From: an uncultured Nitrososphaeraceae archaeon
Lineage (GTDB): Archaea > Thermoproteota > Nitrososphaeria > Nitrososphaerales > Nitrososphaeraceae
NCBI GenBank assembly: GCA_963837175.1
Contig: CAWIMJ010000012.1
Location: forward strand, 96,001 to 160,000
Direction: 5' to 3'
Length of the DNA: 64,000 nt
Of the stretch, positions 34,253-45,552 are shown piece after piece. The notes under the pieces are model-generated. The model searched no databases. It was not told the origin of the DNA and saw only the letters and a program-made list of their open reading frames with translations. The position numbers were made by a program, and so were the translations under genes. Each line of letters opens with the position of its first letter. Position 1 is the first letter of the stretch.

Positions 34253-35200
34253 TTAATCGTTAATGTTGTAATCTGCAGTAACTTCATTATTAGCTACTTC
34301 TCCATTTCCAACAAGGAAAACGAATACATCATCCAACGTTATGGGAGAAACTGTAAACGGAATATTTTTTTTTATCGCAAATTCCGATAATTCTTTCACT
34401 GCAGAATCAAATGCAAATACTCTTAGCGTATTAGTCCCAGTATCTACTACTGAGCCATATGTTTTAAGCAGATTAGTGTCAACTGTATCCTTTGCAATGT
34501 CCACTCTAATATTTTGTGGAATTATTTTTCTCAATTCATGTATAACACCTTGTGCAATTATGCGGCCCTTGTCTATTATTACTATGTTATCTGAAAGCAT
34601 TTCAGCTTCATCCATATAGTGTGTTGTCAATAAAATTGACTTCCCTTCCTTTTTCCAATCCTTAATTGCCGACCATACCTGGCGTCTTGAAACTGGATCC
34701 AATCCAATAGTGGGCTCATCAAGAAATAATAATTCAGCATTAGTAGCCATAGCCATTGCAACAAGAACTTTTTGCCTCATGCCGCCTGAAAGATTCATTG
34801 CAGGCTTGTTTCTTACTTCATAAAGTTCTAGCTTTTTTAGAATTTTTTCTGTCTGTTCCTTAGATTTACTTTTGTTTTCCCCTCTGATTTGTAACCAATT
34901 ATATACATGATCCCAAGGAGTAAGGGCTCTTAATGGTCGACCCTCTTGGGGGACTACTGAAATAATATTCCTTACTCTATTAGGTTCCTTTATGATATCG
35001 TATCCCAGAATTCTTATGCTACCTGCAGTAGGCATCAACTGTGTCGCGCATATTCGTACAAAAGTGGTCTTGCCTGCACCATTTCTGCCAAGCAGTGTAA
35101 ATATTCGTCCTGGTTCTACATTTAAAGATAAGGTGTTCAGCGCAGCATAACTTGAACCCTTATATATTTTTGATATCCCTTTTGCCTCAATTGCAAGCAT
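34253..35200 (-). CDS. ABC-2 type exporter ATP-binding protein
   Basis: GRNGAGKTT, LSGGMRQK, FLDEPTIGLDP, LTTHYMDEAE. Confidence 0.92.
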   Translation of the reverse strand: MLAIEAKGISKIYKGSSYAALNTLSLNVEPGRIFTLLGRNGAGKTTFVRICATQLMPTAGSIRILGYDIIKEPNRVRNIISVVPQEGRPLRALTPWDHVYNWLQIRGENKSKSKEQTEKILKKLELYEVRNKPAMNLSGGMRQKVLVAMAMATNAELLFLDEPTIGLDPVSRRQVWSAIKDWKKEGKSILLTTHYMDEAEMLSDNIVIIDKGRIIAQGVIHELRKIIPQNIRVDIAKDTVDTNLLKTYGSVVDTGTNTLRVFAFDSAVKELSEFAIKKNIPFTVSPITLDDVFVFLVGNGEVANNEVTADYNIND

Positions 35201-35732
35201 TAAGGAATATATAATATCGGAGGCAATAATAAAATTGTTGATTAAATAAATTCCTCTTCAATATATTTTTATTGTTTTATAATATTTATGAACAATTTAG
35301 TAGCCAAACATGTGAGAATATTCAAATTATGAGTCAATATTTATAAATAAGTACTCTAAGCTCGTATTATCAATATTGTTATTTTAGTTATCTTTTTGTT
35401 ATTTCCATTGAGTAATATGTCTCATATACATATCAATTCTTGGTTAACTTTTACTAACTGATTTAAGAGTATATTGATCTTTTGCTAGTCGCGGGTATTA
35501 TTTTGACTGGATGATTATACAACTATTTTAATTATTTAATTATTTGCATGTGTCAATCAGAACTTGAGTTACTCTGACTCATTGATATGTCTCAGTCCAT
35601 AAGTCAAAGAAAAGCGTGCTATTTTCAAGCGTTCAACTAGAAATTACGATATCACCTCCTTTATAGTAATCATAAATTATTGGAATGCCTTCTTACAGCA
35701 TTGAACCATTTTAAGTTCTCATAGTCTTTTTC

Positions 35733-36451
35733 GGTTCTGTTAACTTAGCGGCGACCCTCTAATACTAGAAACATAATGAATTGCATTCTATCTTTATCCA
35801 TATCGAGATACAGTATGAATAGTTTCAGCCAGTTCCAAAATATCTGTCTATTACAATTCTGTTTCGTAAAGGGAAAATGATAGTCAAATCATTCCGTTCT
35901 ATCTTTTATCTGTTGTACAAATCTTTCCATCAAGTTAAGGCCAGTATCATAGACATGGTGTTTCAACCTGAGCCATTTACAAGCATCATTATACCAGCTG
36001 GCACCATCTGTGTAAAAGGGTTTTCTAGTACCATATCTATTCCTTAACTGTCTGAAGAATTGATAACAAACAAAAATTGTCCTTTCTCTTGATAAATGCA
36101 TCTTAACACATGACTTGAGGTTAGGTTCGTATGCAATCCATAATCAGTAATCCTGTCCATCTATCTTTAAAAGAGTCTCATCAACAAATATCTCATTAAT
36201 CATACTTCTGTGTGTTATGAATCTATCAGCACGATCAGAATATTTTTGAACCCATTTCCATATTGCTACATGGATTCTTCTAATTGTCGTTTCCAAACAT
36301 TTAGCTGCTAGTCTAAAGGATCTGAATCTAAAATATAGGTATAAACCATAACTGATTATGGCTGGATGTGTCCTGTTTGCAGTTCATATTGGGAATAGAA
36401 TTGCTATGATATATCTAGCTATAGGTATTATCCTGAGAAGTTAACAGAGCC
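35733..36451 (-). mobile_element. IS6-family insertion sequence, 719 bp
   Basis: Terminal IRs GGTTCTGTTAACTT (35733-35746) and AAGTTAACAGAGCC (36438-36451), 13/14 match; direct repeat TCTTTTTC at 35725-35732 and 36452-36459. Confidence 0.92.
35745..36387 (-). pseudogene. IS6-family DDE transposase, inactivated
   Basis: One frame: HVAIWKWVQKY, IFVDETLLKI, FYTDGASWY, LMERFVQQIKDRTE; TGA stops at 36144-36146 and 35889-35891; ATG out of frame. Confidence 0.88.
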
Positions 36452-36518
36452 TCTTTTTCTAGGCCAATAGGAATAAAGGATTTACTTTTATTTTGCTTCC
36501 TGTAGAACATTAACTAGG

Positions 36519-37670
36519 TTAAAAGTGCTGTGAGTCTTCTCTGATATTTTGGAATTCCTTATCTAATTCCTTCAATAATAACTTTTGTCTGTCGTTTAAT
36601 TTTGTTGGAATTTTCACATTGATTCTAACTAGCTGGTCCCCCTTTCCATAGCTACCATAATGGGGTAGTCCTTTTCCTCGAATGTTCAGAATGGTATTAG
36701 GTTGAGTACCTTGAGGTATTTTTAATTTTTCTTGGCCATCAAGGGTTGGCACTTTCACTTCCGTGCCAAGCGCAAGATCTGTGAATTTCAGATTAAGATT
36801 GTATAGCAAATGACCATCTTCTAATCTTTCAAATAGGGAATGTGGTCTGATATGAACTCGTATTAATAGATCACCAGCAGGACCATTTTCAGATGGCTCC
36901 CCTTCGCCTCGCAGCTGCAATGTCATTTCGTCTTCTACTCCTGCAGGAATTTCTAACTTCAATTTCTTATTCTTTTTAAATTTGCCAGAACCGCTACAGA
37001 CGGCACATGGTTTATCAATAATTTCACCTTGCCCTTGGCAGGTTCGACATGGCTCTAATGATACAAATGTAGAGAATCTATTTTGATTATAGATCCGTCT
37101 CGTTTGACCTTGGCCGTTACAAACAGTACATTTTCTTGGTTTTGTACCAGGAGCAGATCCACTTCCTCCACAGTTGCTACATTTCTCAAGTTTTGGTAAT
37201 TCTATTTCATCCTTTCTTCCTTTGAGAACTTCTTCTAGTGAAAGTTCGACATCATAAATAATATCTCTGCCTTTTCTTCTTCCTCCTCCAAAGCTAAAAC
37301 CAAAGCCGCCGAAAGGATCATTACCCACGTTGCCAACTCCTCCTCCACGACCTCCAAAAATCTGATCAAAGATGTCTCTAAAGCCTCCGAATCCAATGTC
37401 CTTAAAAACTTCGTCAAAATTCGCTTCAGAACCTCTGAATACTTCTTCTGCCCCCACATGACCGTAGGTATCATATCTTTTTCTTTTTTCATCATCAGAC
37501 AACACAGCATATGCTTCAGAAATTTCTTTGAATTTTTCTTCAGCGCCTGATGATTTGTTCCTATCTGGATGATATTGTAGTGCTAGCTTTCTGTACGAAT
37601 TCTTGATCTCTTCTTTACTTGCACTCCGTTGGACGCTGAGGACGTCATAATAGTCCTTTTTACTGCTCAT
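36519..37670 (-). CDS. dnaJ: Chaperone DnaJ
   Basis: HPD J-domain, G/F region, four CxxCxGxG repeats. Confidence 0.97.
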   Translation of the reverse strand: MSSKKDYYDVLSVQRSASKEEIKNSYRKLALQYHPDRNKSSGAEEKFKEISEAYAVLSDDEKRKRYDTYGHVGAEEVFRGSEANFDEVFKDIGFGGFRDIFDQIFGGRGGGVGNVGNDPFGGFGFSFGGGRRKGRDIIYDVELSLEEVLKGRKDEIELPKLEKCSNCGGSGSAPGTKPRKCTVCNGQGQTRRIYNQNRFSTFVSLEPCRTCQGQGEIIDKPCAVCSGSGKFKKNKKLKLEIPAGVEDEMTLQLRGEGEPSENGPAGDLLIRVHIRPHSLFERLEDGHLLYNLNLKFTDLALGTEVKVPTLDGQEKLKIPQGTQPNTILNIRGKGLPHYGSYGKGDQLVRINVKIPTKLNDRQKLLLKELDKEFQNIREDSQHF

Positions 37671-37715
37671 ATTTTTAAATCACTAAGATTGTTGGCATAA
37701 TTCGTAAAGACAATA

Positions 37716-39624
37716 TTAGGAAGGAGGAGGTGACGCGCCTGTTGAAGTTCCTCCACTGCCAGCATACTCGCTCGTTGTTGAACCAGCAGTAGGTGTTTCA
37801 CCAGCAGTAGGTGTTTCACCAGCAGTAGGTGTTTCACCAGCACCAGCCGCATTAGCAGAGGCAGCGCTAGCAGTTCTATAAACTTCCGTACTGATCTCGC
37901 CAACAATACTTTTCAGTTCCTGGGTTTTTGTTTTGATATTGTCTATATTGTTGCTTGCAACTGCATCTTTTAATTCTTGAGCTGCCTTGTTAACTCTATC
38001 AGCTTGTTCAGGTTTAATTTTATCCTTCAAATCTTCCTTGACTAGCTTCTCTGCAGCATAGATTAAGTTATCAGCTTCGTTTTTGACTTCAATCTCTTCC
38101 TTCTTCTTTTTGTCAGCTTCAGCGAACTTATCGGATTCTTGCTTTAGCTTTTCGATCTCATCTTTTGATAATTTTGTGTTAGCGGTTATGGTAATTTTTG
38201 CTTCCTTGGTTGTAGCTAAATCTTTCGCCGTAACGTTCAGGATTCCATTTGCATCTATATCAAATGTAACCTCTACCTGCGGTACACCTCTTGGAGCGGG
38301 CGGGATTCCTGATAAGTTGAACATACCTAAGGAAACACAATCAGCTGCCATGGGTCTTTCTCCTTGGACTACATGAATTGTGACTGCAGTCTGATAATCA
38401 GGCAGCAGTAGTGAACACCTTCGATTTTTTTGTAGGAATGGTTGTGTTGCGTTCTATTAATGGTTCTTTTAAGCCACCCAGAACTTCTACACCAAGAGTC
38501 AGAGGTGTGACATCTACCAGTAAGATATCTGTAGAAACATCGCCTGTAATGATAGCTCCCTGAATAGCGGCTCCCATTGCTACAGCTTCCATAGGATCAA
38601 TACCGCGTTCTGGCTCTTTACCAGTGGCTGTTGCGACGAACTGCCTTACTATTGGCATTCTAGTAGGTCCGCCAACCATAATGATTTTGTCTATATCCTG
38701 TGGTGTTATTTTTGCATCAGCAAGCGCCTGCATCATTGGTGCTCTGCACCTTTCGATTATCGGTCTAAGGAGATCCTCTAGTTTTGCTCTTGTTAGAGTT
38801 GTAACAAGGTTCTTTGGTCCTGTTTTAGGATCGTATGCTAAGAAAGGTAAATTGATCTCTGTGCTGACAATATTCGATAATTCTATTTTTGCTTTCTCTG
38901 CCGCCTCTCTTATTCTCATCATGGCGGCCTTATCATTTCTGACATCAAGACCAGATTGTTTTTTAAACTCCTCTACAATGTAATCTATCAAGATATTATC
39001 CATATCCGTTCCGCCAAGTTGAGTATCTCCTGAAGTACTCTTGACCTGAAATACTCCTCCACCCATTTCCATTATTGTAACATCCAGTGTTCCTCCTCCA
39101 AGGTCAAAAACCATTATCTTTAGATCTTTTTGGAGCTTGTCTAGTCCGTATGCGAGCGAAGCAGCGGTAGGCTCATTGATAATCCTCACTACTTGGAGGC
39201 CTGCAATTTCGCCTGCATCCTTAGTAGCCTGCCTTTGATTATCGTTAAAATATGCAGGTACTGTAATCACGGCCTTATCCACAGTATCACCCAGAAACGC
39301 CTCAGAATCTTTCTTAATCTTTTGCAGAATGAATGAAGATATCTGCTGTGGAGTATATTCTTTACCTAAAACATGGAATTTAAAATCAGTACCCATCTTG
39401 CGCTTTGCCGCAGCAACAGTTCCCTCAGGATTGGATATCATTTGACGTCTTGCAGGCTCTCCTACTAATAGTTGACCGTCTTTGGTAAATGCAACCACAG
39501 ATGGAAACGCCTTTCCTCCAACAGAAGTACCCTCAGCTGCCTGTATAATTGTCGGTTTACCTCCTATCATTACTGCCGCAGCAGAATTACTTGTTCCAAG
39601 ATCAATTCCTATAATTTTGCCCAT
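37716..39624 (-). CDS. dnaK: Chaperone DnaK, split by a +1 frameshift
   Basis: [44 protein letters not shown]; removing one G at 38401-38402 gives [23 protein letters not shown]. Confidence 0.95.
37782..37842. repeat. 18-bp perfect tandem repeat (3.4 copies) encoding GETPTA units in the DnaK tail
   Basis: ACCAGCAGTAGGTGTTTC x3 followed by ACCAGCA. Confidence 0.9.
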
Positions 39625-39625
39625 A

Positions 39626-40255
39626 CTAATTTTCAGCCTCTTTTTCTATTTTTTGTGTATCATTAGCGGTATTTGTAACTATCTTTCTAGAGATTAGAAC
39701 GAGGCTTGGTCTTAAAACTTTATTGTTTAGCATATACCCCTTACGAATTTCTTTCGTAATTATATTCTCTTCTATCTCCTCTTCATGTGAAAAGCCGATT
39801 ACATCGTGGACATTGGGATCAAAAGGTGTTCCAATTGTCTCAATTTCCATAACTCCTTCAGATTTAAGAAGGGAATCAAAGTTTTTTAATATCCCTTCTA
39901 AGCCTTCAATGACAACTGCTTCGGACTTGCTCTGTTTTGCCATTTCTAAAGCTCTTAAATAGTCATCACGTAGACTAAGAAATTTGAGCAGAAGTTCAGC
40001 TTTTCCAGACTCAATTTTAGAGTCTATTTGTTTTTCCATCTGTTTGCGATAATTATCAAATTCAGCCATCATGTACTTTAATTTATTCAAATTGTTATCT
40101 GAAGATTTTCTCGCTGTAAGTAATTCTTCTTTTAGAATAGCCAGATCTTCCTTTAAGTTTGCAATATTGTTATCATCATTGTCCTTCGTCTCCTCGTGGG
40201 ATTTTTGAATTCCAACTTCATTAATTTCATTAGATTCTTCTTCCAAACTAATCAA
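39626..40255 (-). CDS. grpE: Nucleotide exchange factor GrpE
   Basis: [30 protein letters not shown]; directly upstream of dnaK. Confidence 0.95.
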   Translation of the reverse strand: MISLEEESNEINEVGIQKSHEETKDNDDNNIANLKEDLAILKEELLTARKSSDNNLNKLKYMMAEFDNYRKQMEKQIDSKIESGKAELLLKFLSLRDDYLRALEMAKQSKSEAVVIEGLEGILKNFDSLLKSEGVMEIETIGTPFDPNVHDVIGFSHEEEIEENIITKEIRKGYMLNNKVLRPSLVLISRKIVTNTANDTQKIEKEAEN

Positions 40256-40454
40256 CCACTAAAAATCAATGAAAGTTAAATAATTATATATCGTTTATCC
40301 CCTCGGCAAGATACTTGTTGTTATTTCCATAAGGTAATTATGACATACCACATATAAAATGGAAAGGGTACACTCGTAATTATTGCTTATTATTAATTTA
40401 TTTGCACATAACATACATATGACATATATGACATAATTTAAAAACTAATAATAC

Positions 40455-40886
40455 ATGTTTAGTAGTGACGATGAGGAAATTAAAGTCATAAAACAGAGGA
40501 AAATGGCAGAATTACAAAAGGCTCTAATATCAAAGACAACCATGTCTAGCATAAGGGAACCTATTACTCTAACCGATTCAAATTTTAAAAACGAACTATC
40601 CAAATATCCTATACTACTTATTGATTTCTGGGCTCCATGGTGCGGTCCCTGCAAAATGATCGCGCCTATAATAGAACAATTGGCAATAGAATATACTGGG
40701 AAAGTTGTATTTGGAAAAGTGAATATTGATGAAAATCGGATGATTACACAATCTTTCGGTATCCAAAGCATACCAACAATGATGATTTTCAAAAATGGAA
40801 AGGCAGTGGACATTATTGTTGGTGCAATCCCTAAGGCCCAGATTGAAACTAGATTATATAATCAAGGAATTAGTTTAAATAAATAG
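40455..40886 (+). CDS. trxA: Thioredoxin
   Basis: DFWAPWCGPCK, GIQSIPT. Confidence 0.95.
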   Translation: MFSSDDEEIKVIKQRKMAELQKALISKTTMSSIREPITLTDSNFKNELSKYPILLIDFWAPWCGPCKMIAPIIEQLAIEYTGKVVFGKVNIDENRMITQSFGIQSIPTMMIFKNGKAVDIIVGAIPKAQIETRLYNQGISLNK

Positions 40887-40925
40887 TATTATATGTATCA
40901 GTAGAAAAAAGAGTTGTGCCTTGAT

Positions 40926-41189
40926 TTAGGAAATGCCTAAGTTTGGGAATGAGGCTCTACTGATGCCTAACTCTTCTTGGATCTTTCTTATTTTAGTTGC
41001 ATATTCTGTCATCTTGGCATTGTCGTCCTGTACCTTTGCGATTCTGTACCCCTTCCAAGCTTTCCTAAGAGCTCCCCAACTTTGGCCTGTTGTGAAGCTA
41101 TTCTCTTGTTGTGTCGATGTTTCTTGATGAAGAGACATTATAGCTGTCATATCTATTGAGATAGATACACGTTCATACTTAGTATCCAT
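40926..41189 (-). CDS. Small helical hypothetical protein (true start may be an internal Met)
   Basis: FTTGQSWGALRKAWKGYRIAKVQ...EYATKIRKIQEELGI; looks like a natural helical protein and resembles a recalled thaumarchaeal family. Confidence 0.65.
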   Translation of the reverse strand: MDTKYERVSISIDMTAIMSLHQETSTQQENSFTTGQSWGALRKAWKGYRIAKVQDDNAKMTEYATKIRKIQEELGISRASFPNLGIS

Positions 41190-41560
41190 AGTCAGCTTTA
41201 TCGAATCATTACGTCTAGAATTTTATGACAAGCATCTTATGACAAATCTATTACAAAATCATTGTTTTACTAGCTTTTATATGATATACTTATTATTTTG
41301 GTGTATATTTTCAAAGCAATCATATAAATTTTTTGCTCGTGCTTTTAGTTTCAACGCCACCTAGATCTACTAGTTACATAATCAATCCGTTGTTGCAATT
41401 GCACTTTATTGAATCCAGAATCCTAGAATAATTTTTCTTTCCATTGTTTTAGTATATTTTATATTTTATTTCTATTGTTTTAATGATAGTAATGTGGAAT
41501 TATTCAGTTGAATTTATATATTATTGTTACATTTTTATAATTTCATAATTTCTTATATGT

Positions 41561-41592
41561 AAATCAGAGCATTATATATAATGCTCTGATTT
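41561..41592. promoter_or_regulatory. Perfect 32-bp palindrome upstream of the ferredoxin gene, candidate operator
   Basis: AAATCAGAGCATTATA|TATAATGCTCTGATTT; function is inferred only. Confidence 0.5.
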
Positions 41593-41666
41593 TTAAGTCC
41601 ATATAATAGAATCTTTCGCATATGGTTTATATAATATGGTAACTTGAGAATCTCTCAGATAGAGAT

Positions 41667-42204
41667 ATGCCAATAGATCCAGACTTTCCCAAAAACCATC
41701 AGGTAATTGGTAAGCATGCCGTTTCCGATGGTGAACACTTTCACTTTGTTTGGGGACCAGGAAAACCTCAAGAGGCTGCAGAAAACGAAGAAGTAAAATC
41801 AGCTTATTCGTCACGGGGAGAAGAACAAGTCCCATTAGGAGTGCACGGCACGATGGTCGCAGTTGATTGGGACTCTTGCATAGCAGATGGCGCTTGTATT
41901 GAAGCCTGTCCAGTGCAAGTATTCCAATGGTATAGAACAGAGAATGATGTGCCTGCAGTAGAAGTGGCTAATATTACAAGTGCTGGAACTGGTAGTACAA
42001 CTAAGGAAGAGAGAAAGGACTACACAGACAAGGCCGACCCGATTAGAGAACATGATTGCATTTGGTGCATGGCCTGCGTTTCAGTATGTCCACCCCAAGC
42101 CGTCAAGGTAGATCAGTCTAGCCTAGAATACCATGAGAAAGCCGCGGGAACATTTAATGAGGACGCTATCAAAGGGCAGTGCTCCGCCACCTCATGCACA
42201 CTGA
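41667..42204 (+). CDS. zfx: Zinc-containing-type dicluster ferredoxin; 3' end displaced by a probable +1 frameshift
   Basis: His-rich N-extension, LGVHGTMVAVDWDSCIADGACIEACP, KADP, CIWCMACVSVCP as in Sulfolobus/Thermoplasma Zfx; removing one G at 42161-42162 gives ...LSKGSAPPPHAH* ending at 42204. Confidence 0.88.
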
Positions 42205-42401
42205 AAAATAATTACATTCCCCTATTTTCTTTTTATTTTCAACTTTTCGAAGTATGCATTCAATAACAACTAATGTAGTTACAACAAGGGATCTAAAAAT
42301 TAATTCTGAGCAAGATTTCTATTTACTTACAGGATATTAATATTAGCAAGAAATATTTGAGATATATATAATTCCTTCATAATTAAACCAAAGATCTTCA
42401 G

Positions 42402-43061
42402 TTGGTAACGGATATTAACGTGCAATATGAAACATTAAATCCAGCTATAAGTCTCTCAGCAGTATTGGTAATCGTATCAGATTCCTATATGGGTATGTTC
42501 TTGCCTGTTGATATTTCTTATAGAATAACACAATTTATGGCAGGGAAAATGGAGTTTCCTTTTATAAATAAGGATGAATTGACAGCAACTTTCTACATCT
42601 TTGGAAAAGACTATGGAGTAAAAGGACAGACAGAAATACTGACTGCAATTGATCTCGCTAAAAGGGTAATTCAGCAATTGGCTAAAGATATAAGAATTTT
42701 TTATAATATGCCAAATAAAATGGAATCAAATTTTACTCGTGAGAATTATGTAAGAAGAAGCCTACAAATTTCTATAGAATTGCAGAAAGATAGCACGTAT
42801 GTTTTGTCTGAAATGAACAAACGAATTGCAGGTGATCCCAGTATTCTGTCAAGTTGCTTTGCACAGCACATAGCATATTATAAGCAAGATTATTTTTTTG
42901 AACTTTTTCAGCCATTTGTGGAAAATCAGCTTCCTTCATCAGTAAAAAGAAAACTCGAAGGGAGAATGTTATTAATAGGCTTCAATACAAAAGATTCAAA
43001 ATCAGTACCGTTTGAAAATACGCTCGTTCCTTTTATACAATGGATAGCTAATAATAGATAA
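42402..43061 (+). CDS. Hypothetical protein
   Basis: 219-aa ORF with globular composition; no motif recognised. Confidence 0.7.
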   Translation: MVTDINVQYETLNPAISLSAVLVIVSDSYMGMFLPVDISYRITQFMAGKMEFPFINKDELTATFYIFGKDYGVKGQTEILTAIDLAKRVIQQLAKDIRIFYNMPNKMESNFTRENYVRRSLQISIELQKDSTYVLSEMNKRIAGDPSILSSCFAQHIAYYKQDYFFELFQPFVENQLPSSVKRKLEGRMLLIGFNTKDSKSVPFENTLVPFIQWIANNR

Positions 43062-43550
43062 TCATTTACATAGTAGCATTGAGTGTATTTTTAGAGGAGA
43101 AAAATTTAAACAACCCTAAACAATAAATAGATATCCAACTTTCAAATGGTATTAATGATTGTTGTAATTGTTAACTTATTATACTAATTCAATTTTTATA
43201 TATTATATAATTCAAAATTAGGATAAAATAATAATGACGTACCTTGCACCACATCTGAGATTATCAAAATCGCTCCGCTTGTAGTTTGATTTTTAGAAGA
43301 ATATGCTATGTCATATAGAGAAAAAATTACATTTTTTATAGAAAGTAGCAAAAGTCATCATATTGTCTATCGATGTTGATACTTCAGTCAGTATAAATTA
43401 TCTGATGATAGAAACTAAAGTTGTTCAAAAATTTTTTTATGGAAATGAAATAAGAATTGTGCACAGTGAAGAACTAGACTAATCAAGAAGAATATTGTCA
43501 AACTAGGTAAAGATAGATTAAATTAATAACAACCATTAGTAATATTTCAA

Positions 43551-44690
43551 ATGTGTCTACTTATGAGAGATCTGCCTGCAAAACTTTATTGGATATCAAA
43601 GAATGAAGATGAAAATAAAAAAAAGCGGAAAAGATTAATTGTACGAAAAGACAAAAAACAGAACTCAAATTTACTTTTCCATTCAGATAACATTGATGCC
43701 ATGGATTATTTATTCAAACATGGCTTTTCAGAAACGATTGATCTCATATACATTGATCCTCCATTCTGGAGTGGTGAAAAATATTTTCATCGTATAAAAA
43801 ATGTTCAGAATGTTGCGTTTGAAGATGTATGGAAACGCCAAATAAACAACTATCTAGATATGATTTATCCAAGACTATGTGCAATTCAAAAACTCATCTC
43901 ACTATCTGGCTCAATATTTATTCATCTTGACTGGCACATTGTTCATTATGTAAAAATAATTATGGATGAAATCTTTGGACATGAAAATTTTCGAAATGAG
44001 ATCTTAGTTAAAAGAGGTCGACGGAAAAATCTGCTTTATCAATTTCAGTCTATTGATAGAATGCATAGCGCAAATGATACTATACTCTGGTATTCAAAAT
44101 CTGCGAATACAAAATTTTCGCATCCGTTAGCTAAGTATACTTCGAATTCAAAATGGATGGGATTCTGGAGCAATGTGAATAGACCTACTATGCGTTATGA
44201 TATATTCGGCATTGTTCCAGAAAGAGGACAGTGGAAATGGTGTAAATCTAGGGCTCTAAAAGCAATAGAAAACTACGATCTCTATAAAGAAAGATTTTCT
44301 TCTATTCCTTTGGAACAATATTGGATACAGACTAACAAAGAACTAGAATTTATTCGTAAGCGTGAAGGTGTAAAATATGCAGAATACTGGATCCCACCAA
44401 AAACTCACAGGGTTCTTGATAATGTTTGGATGGATATAGAGACATATAATTATTCAACAGGCTATGACACAGAAAAACACACAGAATTACTAGAAAGAAT
44501 TATTGGGCAATTTTCTAAAGTCGGAGATCTAGTTGCAGATTTCTTCTGTGGTTCAGGTACTACATTATTAGTAGCACAAAAATTGGCAAGAAAATGGATA
44601 GGATGTGATTCGTCTTTGTCGGCAATGGAGGTCACTAAACGAAGACTTGAAGATTCTAAATTTAGTTTAATCAATATTACTTCCTTATAG
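43551..44690 (+). CDS. Site-specific DNA amino-methyltransferase, beta class (Mod-like)
   Basis: Catalytic LIYIDPPF precedes SAM-binding DFFCGSGTT; GSIFIHLDWH, FRNEI. Confidence 0.9.
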   Translation: MCLLMRDLPAKLYWISKNEDENKKKRKRLIVRKDKKQNSNLLFHSDNIDAMDYLFKHGFSETIDLIYIDPPFWSGEKYFHRIKNVQNVAFEDVWKRQINNYLDMIYPRLCAIQKLISLSGSIFIHLDWHIVHYVKIIMDEIFGHENFRNEILVKRGRRKNLLYQFQSIDRMHSANDTILWYSKSANTKFSHPLAKYTSNSKWMGFWSNVNRPTMRYDIFGIVPERGQWKWCKSRALKAIENYDLYKERFSSIPLEQYWIQTNKELEFIRKREGVKYAEYWIPPKTHRVLDNVWMDIETYNYSTGYDTEKHTELLERIIGQFSKVGDLVADFFCGSGTTLLVAQKLARKWIGCDSSLSAMEVTKRRLEDSKFSLINITSL

Positions 44691-44799
44691 TTAAGAATAT
44701 AAAAGAATGGTTTCAATCCAACAATACTTAATTACCTAGTGTTTACTTACTCGTTCGCAATACATAACGCACATTAAAGAGAATATTAATACAAAGAAT

Positions 44800-45231
44800 G
44801 TGGGTGTTCAAACAAAATCGGATTACGAAGCTTTACTAAAGCGTTTAGAAAATAAAATGGGTAATACATATAGAAAAGAAGCATCAAGACTCGAAATTCC
44901 TACTCCCCAGATTATTTGGGTTGGGCAACGTACTTTTTTTAGGAATTTCATGGAATTTCCTAAAGCCTTGAGAAGAGATCCAGAAAAATTACTACTTTAT
45001 CTCAATAAAGAACTCGCTTCTGCCGGTTATATTGCTGGTGAGCGAGTAATATTTCTTGGACGTAAAGAGCCATCATCCTTTGGAGCATTGATCGATAGAT
45101 ATATCAAGGACTATGTAATTTGCCCTGTTTGCGGAAGCCCGGATACTAGAACAGAGAAGAACAAAAAACTGGGATTTCTTCTATGTGAGGCGTGTGGGGC
45201 CAGATCTTCAATTAAAGGAAATTATGCCTAG
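44800..45231 (+). CDS. eif2b: Translation initiation factor aIF-2 beta subunit
   Basis: NFMEFPKALRRDP, KELASAG, YVICPVCGSPDT...CEACGA zinc ribbon. Confidence 0.93.
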   Translation: MGVQTKSDYEALLKRLENKMGNTYRKEASRLEIPTPQIIWVGQRTFFRNFMEFPKALRRDPEKLLLYLNKELASAGYIAGERVIFLGRKEPSSFGALIDRYIKDYVICPVCGSPDTRTEKNKKLGFLLCEACGARSSIKGNYA

Positions 45232-45552
45232 GTTAGGACTATTGTAATATTTGCGATTTACACAGTAGGAATAAACGAAAACACAATTGAGACTGATTGA
45301 CTGCTACAAAGCGTTTGCGATCTAGCTTAATAACAATATAATGCTCTGGAAGAAACTAATAGGATGACAAACCAGCTTAAATAAGTTAGACGTTCTAACG
45401 CATATACCATATTTACTGAAGAAATATAGATATTTATTAACTCCCCCTAGATTATCAAATGACAGTATGACTCTGTTGTCCATTGGTTAAATATAAAAGA
45501 AGAAAAATGAACTTCGTCTTAATCTATACAGTAAATATAAAAACTTGAATTA

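Noticed and set aside
35889-36146. In-frame TGA codons in the transposase as recoding
   Set aside because: TGA terminates ordinary genes here (rtcA, sui1, dtdA), and the start is also out of frame; nonsense decay is simpler
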